Source: an uncultured Iamiaceae bacterium | Lineage (GTDB): Bacteria > Actinomycetota > Acidimicrobiia > Acidimicrobiales > Acidimicrobilacustridaceae | Assembly (NCBI GenBank): GCA_963767615.1 | Contig: CAVYED010000009.1 | Span: 77,323 to 141,322 of the forward strand | Length of the DNA stretch: 64,000 nucleotides | Direction: 5' to 3' | In this document: piece after piece, positions 30,954 to 42,316 of the stretch | How the letters are laid out: each line of letters begins with the position of its first letter | How positions within the stretch are numbered: the stretch's first letter is position 1 | The notes under the pieces: model-generated | Told to the model about the DNA's origin: nothing | Database searches by the model: none | The model's input: the letters and a program-made list of their open reading frames with translations, nothing else | Program-made: the position numbers and the translations under genes

Positions 30954-32958
30954 ATGGACGCCAGCCCGCAGCCAGCCGCCCGCCGAGAGCCCGATCGGCC
31001 GTGGATGATGCGCACCTACTCGGGCCACTCGACGGCCAAGGCGTCCAACGAGCTCTACCGCACGAACCTGGCCAAGGGACAGACCGGCCTGTCGATCGCC
31101 TTCGACCTGCCCACGCAGACCGGCTACGACCCCGACGACCCCCGCGCCAGGGGGGAGGTCGGGCAAGGTCGGCGTGCCGGTGGCCCACCTGGGCCACATG
31201 GGTCAGCTCCTCGACGGCATCCCCGTCGGCGAGATGAACACCTCCATGACCATCAACGCCACCGCCGCCTGGCTGCTCGGCCTCTACGTGGCCAACGCCA
31301 CCGAGCAGGGCGTCGCCACCGAGGCCCTGCGGGGCACGACCCAGAACGACATCGTCAAGGAGTACCTGTCGCGGGGCACCTACATCTTCCCGCCCGAGCC
31401 TTCGAGGCGGCTCATCGTCGACATGATCGCCTACTGCGCGCACCACATCCCGGCGTGGAACCCGATGAACGTGTGCAGTTACCACCTGCAGGAGGCCGGC
31501 GCCACGCCGGTCCAGGAGATCGCCTACTCCCTGGCCACGGCCATCGACGTCCTCGACGCCGTGCGCGACTCGGGCCAGGTCGAGCCCGACGAGTTCCCCG
31601 CGGTCGTCGCGTCCATCTCCTTCTTCGTCAACGCCGGGATCCGGTTCGTCGAGGAGATGTGCAAGATGCGGGCCTTCACCGAGATGTGGGATCGGCTCAC
31701 GCTCGAGCGCTACGGCGTGACCGACCCGAAGGCGCGCCGCTTCCGCTACGGCGTGCAGGTCAACTCCCTCGGCCTCACCGAGGCGCAGCCGGAGAACAAC
31801 ATCCAGCGCATCGTCCTCGAGATGCTCGCCGTCACGTTGTCGAAGGATGCACGGGCCCGATCGGTGCAGCTCCCGGCGTGGAACGAAGCGCTCGGTCTCC
31901 CCCGCCCGTGGGATCAGCAGTGGTCATTGCGCATGCAACAGGTGCTGGCCTTCGAGACCGACCTGTTGGAGTACGACGACATCTTCGCCGGGAGCCATGT
32001 CGTCGAAGCGCGTACCGCCGAGCTCATCGAGCAGGCCACCGCCGAGCTCGACGACGTGCTGGCCCTCGGTGGGGCCTTCCACGCCATCGACGAGCTCAAG
32101 GGCCGCCTCGTGTCGTCGAACACCGAACGGGTCCGGCGCATCGAATCGGGCGAGCTCGCCGTCGTGGGGGTCAACCGATTCACCGAGACCGCCGAATCGC
32201 CTCTCGGCGGGGAGGAGAACATCCTCAAGGTCGACGCCGCCGTGGAGGCCGAGACCGTCGCCGAGCTGGAGCGGTGGAGGGCCGACCGAGACGGCGATGC
32301 GGTCACCCGCGCCCTCGACGAGCTGCGCCGCGCCGCGGCCACCGACGAGAACCTCATGCCCGCCACGATCGCCCTGGCCATGGCCGGCGGTACCACGGGT
32401 GAGTGGGCGGGCGCACTGCGTGAGGTGTTCGGCGAGTACCGCGCCCCGACCGGCGTGAGTGCCGCAGCGGGCATCGGCGAGCTCGGCCAAGGGCTGCGGG
32501 CGGTGGCCGAGCGGGTGAAGGCCTCGCCCGGCGGACCCCCCCGCCTCCTCGTGGCCAAGCCCGGCCTCGACGGGCACTCCAACGGTGCCGAGCAGATCGC
32601 CGTCGCCGCCCGCGATGCCGGCATGGAAGTCATCTACCAGGGGATACGCCTGACGCCTGAGCAGATCGCGGCCGTGGCCCGCGACGAGGACGTCGAGGTG
32701 GTCGGACTCTCGATCCTGTCGGGCAGCCACCTCCAACTCGTGCCCGACGTCGTCGAGCGCCTGCGGGCCGAGGGCGTCGACGTGCCCGTCGTGGTGGGCG
32801 GGATCATCCCCGACGAGGACGCCGAGGTGCTGCTGGCCGCGGGGGTGGAGCGCGTCTACACGCCGAAGGACTTCGAGCTGGGTCGGATCATGGGAGACAT
32901 CGCCGAGCTCGTCCTCGCCGATCGCGCGGTCACGGTCGCCCCGGAATCGACCTCCTGA
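30954..32958 (+). CDS. meaA: Ethylmalonyl-CoA mutase (MeaA/Ecm; frameshift near 31162)
   Basis: PWMMRTYSGHS..SNELYR; CSYHLQEAGATP; KPGLDGHSNGAEQ B12-binding domain. Confidence 0.92.
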
Positions 32959-33047
32959 ATCGGCCTGTGGCCCCAACGCCGCCAGGATCTCCCGGGACGG
33001 GTGACGGCCGGCGTTCAACTTACGGGTCGAACGACCGACAGATAAGC

Positions 33048-33822
33048 GTGGATCGCCTCACCATCAGCGCCGTGCTCGCGGGCGTGCTCGGCCTCGCCGC
33101 CGGGGTGTCCGTGGCCCTCGGCGCACCCACGACGCTGGCGCTCGTCGCCGGCGGGCTCGCTGCCGCGGCCGCCGCCATGGTCGTCGTGGACCTCACCCGG
33201 ATCCGGGTCTGGCAGGACCGGGCACGCACGGCAGAGATGGAGGTCGATCACCTCCGTCGCGATCTCCACGATGCCAACGAGGCCCGCGAGGACGCCGAGG
33301 CCCGTTTGGAGTGGCGCACCACCTTCACCGCCCGTCGGCGCTCCACGGAGGCCAACCGTCTCACCGACGAGACCACGGGGCTCCTGGCCGAGGGCTGGTT
33401 CGTGGTGGCGCTCGAGTCGCGCATCGCCACCGCCCGGCGCAACCTCCGGCCCGTCGCCGTCGTGGTCGTGGAGGTCGTCGTCGGCCTCCGGGGCGGCGCA
33501 CCCGAGCCCGCCGACCCCCGACGGGTCACCGCAGCGGTGACGGCGACCATCCGTGAGGCCGACGAGGCCTTCCGCCTGCCGCGACGGCGTGTTCGCCCTC
33601 CTCCTGGAGGACACGACGGATGCCGGCGCCACCTGGACGGCAGAACGGATCCGGATGGCGCTCGCCGAGATCGAGCCCGACGCGGTGATGTGGGCCGGGG
33701 TGGCCTGCTATCCGGCCCACGGCCTCAACACCGAAGAAGTCCTCGATCGCGCCGACCAGGCTCTCGACAGCGCCCGTGAGTGGCGTCAGCATCGCATCGA
33801 AGTCGCCCCCGCCGACAGCTGA
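33048..33822 (+). CDS. Membrane protein with degenerate GGDEF-like domain (frameshift near 33580)
   Basis: 2 TM helices, coiled coil, LTDETTGL, IREAD..FALLL, AGVACYP..RADQAL. Confidence 0.75.
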
Positions 33823-33877
33823 GCCTGCCGCCGGGACGCCGCCACCGAGAGTCGGGACCGGGAACGTCCCCGTGTGG

Positions 33878-35029
33878 CTACCCGTCGACGTCGTCGAGCT
33901 CGGCGAGCACCTCCGCGGTGTCGGCACCGAGGTCCCGAGCGGCGAAGCGCACCCGGCCGGGAGTGGCCGACAGGCGCGCCAGGACGTCCTGCATCGTGAC
34001 GCCCTCCACCTCGATGAGCGACCGGCGGGCCAGCAGGTGGGGATCGTCGGCGACCTCGCGCTGGCCGTAGACCGGCGCCGCGGCGGCCTCTGCCGCCTCG
34101 GCCTCGGCCAACACCTCGCCCATCGATCGGGCCGCGACCCATGCCGCCACCAGGTCGTCGATCTCTCCGCGATGGGCGACCCGACCCTCGAAGCTCGAGA
34201 AGCGCGGATCGTCGCCGGCACCGACGAGCGTCATCATCCGGCGGGCCACGGGCTCGGCCGTCGTGGAGATGGCCACCCAGCGGCCGTCGGCGCACCGGTA
34301 CGTGCCCCGCGGCACGCTGTAGGGAATGCCGGAGCCGAGACGGGGCTGCTCGTAGCCCAACGTCGACCACGCCGACGGCAACGCCCCCATGAGGTGCAGC
34401 ATCGTCTCGAGCAGGTTGACATCGACGACCTGGCCGACACCGGAGTGCACGGCGACCATCGTGGCGAAGGCCGCGGCGATGGCGGTCACCTCGTCGGTGA
34501 GTGCGATCGGCGGCAGCAGCGGCTGGCCGTCGGGTTCACCGTTGACGGCGGCGAACCCCGAGAGGGCCTCGGCCAGGGTGGCGAAGCCCGGGCGGGAGGC
34601 GTAGGGACCGGTCTGACCGAAACCGGTCACACGGGTGATCACCAGCGTCGGGTTGTCGGCGATGAGCTCATCGGGGTCGAGCCCGAGCGCCTCGAGCTTG
34701 CCCGGGCGCATGTTCTCGACCAGCACGTCGGCGGTGGCGACGAGACGGCGCAGGTCGTGTCGACCGGCTCCGGTGGTGAGGTCGAGGACGACGCTGCGCT
34801 TGCCTCGCCCCACCAGCTTCCAGAAGAGGGTCACGTCGTCGGCGGGGTCCCGCCAACCCATGGAGCGCACGGTGTCACCCGTGCCCGGACGCTCGACCTT
34901 CACCACGTCGGCCCCGAAGTCGGCCAGGTGGCGGGCGCAGCCGGGGCCGGCGAGCACCGTCGACAGATCCACCACGCGCAGGTCCGCCAACGGGAGCGGC
35001 CCCTCGGCCGCATCGTCGGTGCCGCTCAC
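33878..35029 (-). CDS. CaiB/BaiF class III CoA-transferase
   Basis: LAGP, GADVVKVE, ENMRPG, GFGQTGPY. Confidence 0.92.
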   Translation of the reverse strand: MSGTDDAAEGPLPLADLRVVDLSTVLAGPGCARHLADFGADVVKVERPGTGDTVRSMGWRDPADDVTLFWKLVGRGKRSVVLDLTTGAGRHDLRRLVATADVLVENMRPGKLEALGLDPDELIADNPTLVITRVTGFGQTGPYASRPGFATLAEALSGFAAVNGEPDGQPLLPPIALTDEVTAIAAAFATMVAVHSGVGQVVDVNLLETMLHLMGALPSAWSTLGYEQPRLGSGIPYSVPRGTYRCADGRWVAISTTAEPVARRMMTLVGAGDDPRFSSFEGRVAHRGEIDDLVAAWVAARSMGEVLAEAEAAEAAAAPVYGQREVADDPHLLARRSLIEVEGVTMQDVLARLSATPGRVRFAARDLGADTAEVLAELDDVDG

Positions 35030-36033
35030 GCCGGTGAGGCCGACATGGCAAGGCACCGGTCGCCGAGCTCGCCGAAGGCGTAGTCGAAGTACATGCCCCC
35101 GAACATGCCCCGCGTCCGCTCGCTCCACACCAGCGCCTCGGCCGTCGAGATGCGACGGAAGACCTGGAGGATGCCACCTTCGAAGACGCGGTACTCGGCC
35201 CACGCCCCCGGGAAGTCCTTCACCGACGCCACCTCGACCCACGGGATCTCACGGCTGACGCTGATGTGGCGCACCCGGTTGCGGTGGGTGTGCCCGGCGA
35301 AGTAGCCGCGGATCACCCGATGGGCGGCCACGACCTCGATGAGCTTCTCCGACGCATCGGGATCGATGCCGAAATAGCCCTCGGCCCTGGTCGACGAGTC
35401 GGGACTCCACACATGGTGGTGACCCATCACCAGCACGGGCCGATCGGCCTCGGCGGCCATGTCGTGCAACCACGACAGCTGGTCGCCCGTGACGGTACCG
35501 CTGGCGCTTCCCTCTCTCGACGTGTCGAGCAGTGCGACGGTGACACCCGGGACGTCGACCCTCTGCGTGGGGACCGCGGCGAGGTCGCCGCCGTGGAAGC
35601 TCTCGTGGTTGCCTCGAACGTGGGTGAGCACATCGCCGAACGCCTCGTCGTAGAACTCGAGGAAGGTGCGGTACTCCTCGACGGTGCCCTCGGAGGTGAG
35701 GTCGCCCTTCACGACCACGGCATCGGGCGCGACCTGTTCGATCTCGTGGATGGCGCCGCGGTTCATCATCTCGGGGTAGGGCTCGGCGCCGTCGGGCACA
35801 CGGAACGTGGGACCCGCCTCGAGGCCCTCCATCACGCCGCACTCGGTCTCGCCGAAGTGGACGTCGTTGACCGTGGCGATCGTCGCCAACCGCTCCCCTG
35901 CGGGCCGGGCCAGGGTGCGGAAGACGAACCCGTCGTACTCGTACACCGTGTCGGGCTGCAGGTCGTCGTAGACCCGGACCTCGAGGCCGTCGTGCACCAC
36001 CGCGTGGTCGTCGGCCACCGTGGTCAGCTCCAT
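35026..36033 (-). CDS. Calcineurin-like metallophosphoesterase
   Basis: DVH, GD, GNHE, HH and GHTH motifs. Confidence 0.88.
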   Translation of the reverse strand: MELTTVADDHAVVHDGLEVRVYDDLQPDTVYEYDGFVFRTLARPAGERLATIATVNDVHFGETECGVMEGLEAGPTFRVPDGAEPYPEMMNRGAIHEIEQVAPDAVVVKGDLTSEGTVEEYRTFLEFYDEAFGDVLTHVRGNHESFHGGDLAAVPTQRVDVPGVTVALLDTSREGSASGTVTGDQLSWLHDMAAEADRPVLVMGHHHVWSPDSSTRAEGYFGIDPDASEKLIEVVAAHRVIRGYFAGHTHRNRVRHISVSREIPWVEVASVKDFPGAWAEYRVFEGGILQVFRRISTAEALVWSERTRGMFGGMYFDYAFGELGDRCLAMSASPA

Positions 36034-36072
36034 GACGCCATTCTGGCCCAGCGCCGGCGCACCGCTGCCGTG

Positions 36073-36282
36073 TCAGGGGCGGGCACGTCGAGAGGGGACG
36101 GGTCGCGACCACCAGCGCCCCGAGAACCGCCAACGCGACGGCTCGGCCGACTCGTCCCCGCCCGAGGCGATCAGCCGGGGCCAGCCCGCCTCGACAGCAG
36201 CCGCGATGGCCACCGCCTCCTCGACCGTGGGGACCGGATGGATCGACGCCACCCGGGGGGCCGACGCGTCGGGGGCGGTCAC
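36073..36282 (-). CDS. Acyl-CoA carboxylase epsilon subunit-like protein
   Basis: [13 protein letters not shown]; directly downstream of the beta subunit. Confidence 0.7.
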   Translation of the reverse strand: MTAPDASAPRVASIHPVPTVEEAVAIAAAVEAGWPRLIASGGDESAEPSRWRFSGRWWSRPVPSRRARP

Positions 36283-37835
36283 AGCGGCACGTTGCCGTGC
36301 TTGCGCTGGGGCAGTTCCTCGCGCTTCGACTTCAGCATCTCGAAGCCGGCGATGACCTTGCGCCTCGTCTCGGCGGGATCGATCACATCGTCGACGAAGC
36401 CCCGCTCCGCCGCGATATAGGGGTTGGCGTAACGCTCGGTGTAGTCGTCGACCAACTCGACCCGACGCTTGACCGGGTCGGCGGACCCCTCGAGTTCACG
36501 GCGGTACAGGATCTCGACAGCGCCCTGGGGGCCCATGACGGCCAGCTCGGCCGAGGGCCAGGCGAAGGCCAGGTCGGCTCCGATCGACTTGGAGTTCATC
36601 ACCACGTAGGCACCGCCGTAGGCCTTGCGGGTGATGACCTGGATGCGGGGCACGGTGGCCTCGCAGAAGGCGTAGAGCAGCTTGGCGCCGTGGCGGATGA
36701 TGCCGCCGTACTCCTGATCGACGCCAGGGAGGAACCCGGGGACGTCGACGAAGGTCAGCAGAGGGATGTTGAAGGCGTCGCAGGTGCGCACGAACCGTGC
36801 CGCCTTCTCGGCCGACTCGATGTCGAGCACGCCCGCCAGCACCATCGGCTGGTTCCCCACGACGCCGACGGGCTGACCGTTGACGCGGGCGAAGCCGCAC
36901 ACGATGCTGCCCGCCCAACGGGGGAAGTACTCGAAGAAGTCACCGTCGTCGACGACCGACTCGATGACCTTGTGCATGTCATACGGCACATTGGGGCTCG
37001 ACGGCATCAGGTCGACGAGCTCGGGGCACAGGCGGTCGGGCGGATCGGCGGGCACGTCGACCGGTGGCATCTCGAGGTTGTTCGAGGGCAGGAAGCCGAA
37101 GAGATAGCGCACGTCGTCGAGGCACGACTTCTCGTCGGGCGAGACGAACGTGGCCACGCCGGACTTGGTGGCGTGGCTCTTGGCCCCGCCGAGCTCCTCG
37201 AGCGTGACCTCCTCGCCGGTCACGGTCTTCACCACGTCGGGTCCGGTGATGAACATGTGGGAGGTCTCGTCGACCATGAAGATGAAGTCGGTCATGGCCG
37301 GGCTGTAGACCGCACCGCCGGCGCACGGGCCGAGGATCACCGAGATCTGCGGGGTCACCCCGGAAGCGAGCACGTTGCGGTGGAAGATCCCGCCGTAGCT
37401 GGCCAACGACACCACGCCCTCCTGGATGCGGGCACCGGCGCCGTCGTTGAGACCGATCAGCGGTGCGCCCACGGAGAGAGCCAGGTCCATGACCTTGTGG
37501 ATCTTCTCGGCGAAGACCTCGCCGAGAGCCCCTCCGAAGACGGTGAAGTCCTGCGAGAAGATGAACACCTTGCGGCCGTCGATCGTGCCCCAGCCGGTGA
37601 CGACGCCGTCGCTGTAGGGGCGCTCCTCGATGCCGCTGTCGTGCGCCCGGTGGCGGGCCAGCATGTCGAGCTCGTGGAACGAGCCTTCATCGAGCAGGTA
37701 GTCGATGCGCTCACGGGCCAGGAGCTTGCCCTTCGCGTGTTGGCGTTCGACCGACCGCTCGGAGCCCGCGTGCAGGGCCTGTTCCTTGCGCTCGCCCAGA
37801 TCCGCGAGCCGGTCCTGCATGGTTCGTTCCGACAT
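36279..37835 (-). CDS. pccB: Acyl-(propionyl)-CoA carboxylase beta subunit
   Basis: [36 protein letters not shown]. Confidence 0.88.
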   Translation of the reverse strand: MSERTMQDRLADLGERKEQALHAGSERSVERQHAKGKLLARERIDYLLDEGSFHELDMLARHRAHDSGIEERPYSDGVVTGWGTIDGRKVFIFSQDFTVFGGALGEVFAEKIHKVMDLALSVGAPLIGLNDGAGARIQEGVVSLASYGGIFHRNVLASGVTPQISVILGPCAGGAVYSPAMTDFIFMVDETSHMFITGPDVVKTVTGEEVTLEELGGAKSHATKSGVATFVSPDEKSCLDDVRYLFGFLPSNNLEMPPVDVPADPPDRLCPELVDLMPSSPNVPYDMHKVIESVVDDGDFFEYFPRWAGSIVCGFARVNGQPVGVVGNQPMVLAGVLDIESAEKAARFVRTCDAFNIPLLTFVDVPGFLPGVDQEYGGIIRHGAKLLYAFCEATVPRIQVITRKAYGGAYVVMNSKSIGADLAFAWPSAELAVMGPQGAVEILYRRELEGSADPVKRRVELVDDYTERYANPYIAAERGFVDDVIDPAETRRKVIAGFEMLKSKREELPQRKHGNVPL

Positions 37836-37901
37836 GGCGGGGATCCTACCGACCGCCCGGAGGGCCATCGAACGCCCACGGTCACCGGTACCGTGCGGCT
37901 C

Positions 37902-38972
37902 GTGGACCTTCCGGTGATGCCACCCGTCTCGCCCATGTTGGCCAAGGCGTCGCCGTCGATGCCCGAGGGCGACGGCTGGTGGTTCGAGCCGAAGTGGGAC
38001 GGGTTCCGGTGCATCGTGTTCCGTGACCTCGACGAGATCGTGCTGGGCAGCCGTAACGAGAAGCCTCTGACCCGCTACTTCCCGGAACTGGCCGAGGCGC
38101 TGCTGCGCGAGCTGCCCGAACGCTGCGTGGTCGACGGCGAGATCGTCATCGCCACGGCCGACGGGCTCGACTTCGACGCGTTGCAGCAACGCATCCACCC
38201 GGCCGAATCACGGGTCAACCGTCTGGCCGAGGAGACGCCGGCCAGCTTCGTGGCCTTCGACCTGCTGGCCCTCGGCGACCAGTCGCTGATGAGCTGGGCG
38301 ATGGCGGATCGCCGTCGGGCCCTCGAGCTCGCCCTGGCCGATGCCGCCGCTCCCGTGCACCTCACCCCGGGCACCACCGACCCCGAGGTGGCCGCGGACT
38401 GGTTCGTGCGCTTCGAGGGCGCCGGCCTCGACGGCGTGATGGCCAAGGCCCGCGACGGCGTCTACACCCCCGACAAGCGGACGCAGACGAAGGTGAAGCA
38501 CAAGCGGACGTGTGACGCCGTGGTCGCCGGCTACCGGCGTCACAAGAGCGGTGACGGCATCGGCTCGCTGTTGCTCGGGCTGTACGACGACGACGGCGTC
38601 CTGCACCACGTGGGGGTGGCCACGTCGTTCACGGCCGCCCGACGGGCCGAGCTCGTCGACGAGGTCGCGCCCTACGAGGCCGACGCGCTGGCCGAGCACC
38701 CCTGGCGCGAATGGGGCAACGTCGAGGCCCACGAGGCAGGCGGGCGGATGCCGGGCGCGCCCAGCCGATGGAACGCCACGAAGGACATGACGTGGAGCCC
38801 GCTGCGCACCGAGCTGGTGGCCGAGGTGGCCTACGAGCACCTGCAGGGCGACCGGTTCCGCCACGCCACCCGCCTCGTGCGCTTCCGCCCCGACCGCGAC
38901 CCGGCCTCGTGCACCTACGACCAACTGGAGCAGGCCGTCCCCTACGAATTGCACCGCATCTTCGCCCTCTGA
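37902..38972 (+). CDS. ligC: ATP-dependent DNA ligase LigC
   Basis: [27 protein letters not shown]. Confidence 0.92.
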   Translation: MDLPVMPPVSPMLAKASPSMPEGDGWWFEPKWDGFRCIVFRDLDEIVLGSRNEKPLTRYFPELAEALLRELPERCVVDGEIVIATADGLDFDALQQRIHPAESRVNRLAEETPASFVAFDLLALGDQSLMSWAMADRRRALELALADAAAPVHLTPGTTDPEVAADWFVRFEGAGLDGVMAKARDGVYTPDKRTQTKVKHKRTCDAVVAGYRRHKSGDGIGSLLLGLYDDDGVLHHVGVATSFTAARRAELVDEVAPYEADALAEHPWREWGNVEAHEAGGRMPGAPSRWNATKDMTWSPLRTELVAEVAYEHLQGDRFRHATRLVRFRPDRDPASCTYDQLEQAVPYELHRIFAL

Positions 38973-38987
38973 ACGATCTCCGGCAGA

Positions 38988-40007
38988 TCAGTCCGGTTCG
39001 GTGGGGCGGGCCCGGCTCGGTTGCACACGGGGCGGCTCGCCCGCCTGCTTGGGGAAGTTCGGGGGCCAGGGCGCGTCTCCCAACCCGCCGGCCTCGTCGC
39101 GCGCGGCCAGCTCGAGCAGCGGCCGCAACGAGAAGGCCTGGTCGTCCATCGGCGCCTCGAGGTCGCCGACATCCGCCCACCGGGCCGGCATCGACGCCAG
39201 GGTGAAGTCGCCGAGTTCGACGGCGTCGAGCTCGTCCCAGCGGAACGGCGCCGACACCCGGGCCTCGGGGTTGCTGCGCACCGAGTACACCGACGCCACC
39301 GTGCGGTCCCGAGCGTTCTGGTTGTAGTCGAGGAAGACGCGGTCGCCGCGCTCCTCCTTCCACCACTTGGAGGTGGCCAGCTCCGGGATCCGCCGCTCGA
39401 CCTCACGGGCCAACGCCAGTGCGGCCCGGCGAACCTCGAGGAAATCCCAGGAGGCCACGATGCGCACGTTGACGTGGATGCCCCTCGACCCCGACGTCTT
39501 CGGCCAACCCACCAGGCCGTGCTCGGCCAGCACGTCGTTCACGACTGCCGCCACGGCACGGACGGCGGCGAACGGGACCCCGGGCTGGGGATCGAGATCG
39601 ACCCGCAGCTCGTCGGGGTGCTCGAGGTCGAAGCGCCGCACGGCCCACGGGTTGAGATCGAGGCACCCCAGGTTCACCGCCCAGACCACGTGAGCCAGGT
39701 CGGTGGGACAGAGCTCCTCTGCGGTACGGCCGCTGGGAAAGGCCACCGTGGCGGTCTGGAGCCAGTCGGGACGGCTCTTCGGGACCCGCTTCTGGAAGAA
39801 CATCTTGCCGTCGGCGCCGTCGGGGAACCGCTTCAGCACCGTAGGGCGAAGGTGCACGCCCCGCAGGGCCCCCTCCCCGACCAGCAGGTAGTGCCGGACG
39901 AGATCGAGCTTCGTCTCGCCACGGGCGGAGAAGAAGACCTTGTCGGGGTTGGTGACCTTGACCTCACGCCCCGCCACCTCCACGATCGTGAACGGGCTGG
40001 CCATCAA
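38988..40007 (-). CDS. Stand-alone LigD-type primase-polymerase (Prim-PolC)
   Basis: TNPDK, RFPDG, DELRVDLDP, KTSGSRGIH, DYNQN. Confidence 0.9.
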   Translation of the reverse strand: MMASPFTIVEVAGREVKVTNPDKVFFSARGETKLDLVRHYLLVGEGALRGVHLRPTVLKRFPDGADGKMFFQKRVPKSRPDWLQTATVAFPSGRTAEELCPTDLAHVVWAVNLGCLDLNPWAVRRFDLEHPDELRVDLDPQPGVPFAAVRAVAAVVNDVLAEHGLVGWPKTSGSRGIHVNVRIVASWDFLEVRRAALALAREVERRIPELATSKWWKEERGDRVFLDYNQNARDRTVASVYSVRSNPEARVSAPFRWDELDAVELGDFTLASMPARWADVGDLEAPMDDQAFSLRPLLELAARDEAGGLGDAPWPPNFPKQAGEPPRVQPSRARPTEPD

Positions 40008-40193
40008 CGGAGGGTAGGTCGGGTGCCGTCGCGATCACCGCCGATCCGCGGGCCCGATGATCACCACCCGCCCTGCACCGGACGTCGATGCAGGGAGAGA
40101 CTTCGACGGCGTGGGTACCGCCCGGAGGCCAGAGGTCGTAGCCTGTAGACGTCGCTGGTCCGACACCCGGTCCTGGCGCCCGAAAGGAAAGCC

Positions 40194-40373
40194 GTGTTCG
40201 CCAACATCGGTGTCCCCGAGATCCTCATCGGTCTCCTCGTCATCGTCTTGTTGTTCGGCGCGACCAAGCTGCCGAAGTTGGCCCGCTCCCTCGGCTCGGC
40301 CAAGGGCGAGTTCCAGAAGGGCCTCGAAGAAGGCGACGCGTTGACGAAGGACGAGACGGACCAGCAGGCCTGA
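40194..40373 (+). CDS. tatA: TatA/TatE subunit, copy 1 (59 aa)
   Basis: MFANIGVPEILIGLLVIVLLFGATKLPKLARSLGSAKGEF; SD AAAGGA; below the ORF-track size cut-off. Confidence 0.9.
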   Translation: MFANIGVPEILIGLLVIVLLFGATKLPKLARSLGSAKGEFQKGLEEGDALTKDETDQQA

Positions 40374-40411
40374 GCAGAACCCGGCGACCCCGCCGGGCGA
40401 AAGGAACCCCC

Positions 40412-40633
40412 ATGAACCTCGGTGCACCAGAGATCCTCATCGCTCTCCTCGTCATCGCCCTCCTCTTCGGTGGCGCCAAGCTCCCGAAGCTGGCCCGCTC
40501 CCTCGGCTCCGCCAAGGGCGAGTTCGAAAAGGGCATGAAGGAAGGCGAGAAGCTCAGCGAGGACAACGCCAAGAAGGACGGCGAGGAGAAGGACACGACG
40601 TCGAGCGGCGAGGCCAGCACCGACAAGTCCTGA
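40412..40633 (+). CDS. tatA: TatA/TatE subunit, copy 2
   Basis: LLFGGAKLPKLARSLGSAKGEF. Confidence 0.92.
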   Translation: MNLGAPEILIALLVIALLFGGAKLPKLARSLGSAKGEFEKGMKEGEKLSEDNAKKDGEEKDTTSSGEASTDKS

Positions 40634-40660
40634 TCGCGCGGGACGCCCGAGACGGCATCG

Positions 40661-41539
40661 TCAGCGGCGGCGCGGCGCGAGGCGCTCGGCCCTGGCCGTC
40701 AGCGCAGGGGCCTCGAGCCGCTCGGCGACCGCGACGAACTCCGGTCGTACCCCGGCCCACTCGAGCTCCGACACCGCCTCGATCGTCGGTGCGTCGGTGT
40801 CGATCGTGGCGATGCGACGGAAGAGCAGGGCCAGGTCGAGCTGGTCGTGCAACGTGGCTGCGAGCTTGGCCCCGCTGCGCACGGTGATGTCCCAGTCCCC
40901 GGCGAGACGCGGAACGTCCTCGAGGTGCCGGTAGCGGGCGAGCACCGTGGCGGCGGACTTGGCCCCCCAGCCGGGCAGTCCGGGGAAGCCGTCGGCGCTG
41001 TCACCGACGAGGGCCAGGTAGTCCGGGATCGACGCCGGCGCCACGCCGAACTTCTCCTCGACTCCCGCAGCGTCGTAGACGACGTCCTTGCGCCGGTCGT
41101 ACTGGACGACCCGATCGTCGACGACGCACTGACCGAGGTCCTTGTCGGGGGTGCAGATCAGGACCTGGTCGACCGTCGGATCGGCGGCGGCGACAGCTGC
41201 GGCCGCACCGAGCGCATCGTCCGCCTCGAACGCCACCATGGGGAACACCGCGAAGCCCGCGGCGACCAGCGCCTCCTCGAGGAGCGGGAACTGCGAGAGC
41301 AACTCCGGAGGCATCCCGGCGCTGGTCTTGTAGCCCGGCCACAGGTCGTTGCGGAACGACTCGATGACATGGTCCGTGGCGATGCCCACGTGGGTGGCGC
41401 CGTCCTCGAGCAGCCCGAGCATGGACCCGAGGACCCCACGGGTCGCCGCCACCTCCTGCCCGGCACCGCTGACATGGGACGGCAGGGCGAAGTGGTGGCG
41501 GAACAACTCGTAGGTGCCGTCGACCAGATGGACCTGCAT
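40661..41539 (-). CDS. Stand-alone 5'-3' exonuclease/flap endonuclease (FenA-like)
   Basis: LVDGT, EADD, DKDL, LVGDSADG.PG..GWG.K H3TH motif. Confidence 0.92.
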   Translation of the reverse strand: MQVHLVDGTYELFRHHFALPSHVSGAGQEVAATRGVLGSMLGLLEDGATHVGIATDHVIESFRNDLWPGYKTSAGMPPELLSQFPLLEEALVAAGFAVFPMVAFEADDALGAAAAVAAADPTVDQVLICTPDKDLGQCVVDDRVVQYDRRKDVVYDAAGVEEKFGVAPASIPDYLALVGDSADGFPGLPGWGAKSAATVLARYRHLEDVPRLAGDWDITVRSGAKLAATLHDQLDLALLFRRIATIDTDAPTIEAVSELEWAGVRPEFVAVAERLEAPALTARAERLAPRRR

Positions 41540-41579
41540 GGGGCGAGGTTGGCACACACCGACCTCACGTGGTGGGCCG

Positions 41580-42179
41580 TCAACGGCGCACCATCCTGCG
41601 GGCCGATGCCGAACCCGCCCCGGCCCAGTACGTCCGGCGGACCGCCACCACCGCGGCGGGCTGGTCCAGCTTGCCGGTCGCCACCCACTCGAGCGCGACC
41701 AGTGCCACACCGGACCAGGCGTCGGCCAGCCATCCGATGTCCATCGCATCGTCGAGCAATCCCTCGGAACGGGCGCGACCGAGGACCGCGCCCACCGATC
41801 CCAGGAGCTCCTGGTAGGCCGCGTCGACCTGAGCGTCGACCTCCACTGCGACCCGGACCAGAACGCGATAGGCCACCGACTCGGCCAGGATCGCCTCGAG
41901 CACGCGATCGAGAGCGGGTACGGCAGCCAGGTTCTGGTCCACTGCGATGCTCACGGCCCGTCCGACGTCGTCGAGTGCCCCCAACCAGGCGGCCCGGCGC
42001 AGATCGTCCCGGGTCGGGAAGTGGCGGTGCACGGTGGCTCGCCCGACGCCGGCGGCAGCCGCGACCGCGTCGATCGTTGCCGACGGGTCTTCGGCGAACA
42101 CCTCCATGGCGGCGGCCAGGATGCGCTCTCGATTTCGGGCGACATCGGCCCGGGGGTTGCGACGGGCGACGGGTGGCAC
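41580..42179 (-). CDS. TetR-family transcriptional regulator
   Basis: RNRERILAAA..VAAAAGVGRATVHRHFPTR; start codon uncertain. Confidence 0.9.
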   Translation of the reverse strand: MPPVARRNPRADVARNRERILAAAMEVFAEDPSATIDAVAAAAGVGRATVHRHFPTRDDLRRAAWLGALDDVGRAVSIAVDQNLAAVPALDRVLEAILAESVAYRVLVRVAVEVDAQVDAAYQELLGSVGAVLGRARSEGLLDDAMDIGWLADAWSGVALVALEWVATGKLDQPAAVVAVRRTYWAGAGSASARRMVRR

Positions 42180-42226
42180 ACCGAAACGATACTCACTTGA
42201 CTCATTTGGTTCCGTCACGCAGAATA

Positions 42227-42244
42227 TGAGACGAGAAAGTCTCA
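42227..42244. promoter_or_regulatory. Probable TetR operator
   Basis: TGAGAC-N6-GTCTCA between divergent tetR and MFS genes. Confidence 0.65.
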
Positions 42245-42316
42245 CTATTCTGCGAGTCCTGCGATGATCCCCCCTCCCCTTCCGGCACGAGACGACCACC
42301 GCTCGCCGAGCGTTGG

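Noticed and set aside
37877-37895. Near-palindrome CACGGTCACCGGTACCGTG between pccB and ligC as a fifth EMC operator
   Set aside because: Spacing does not fit AC-N6-GT, and it overlaps the ligC -10 element
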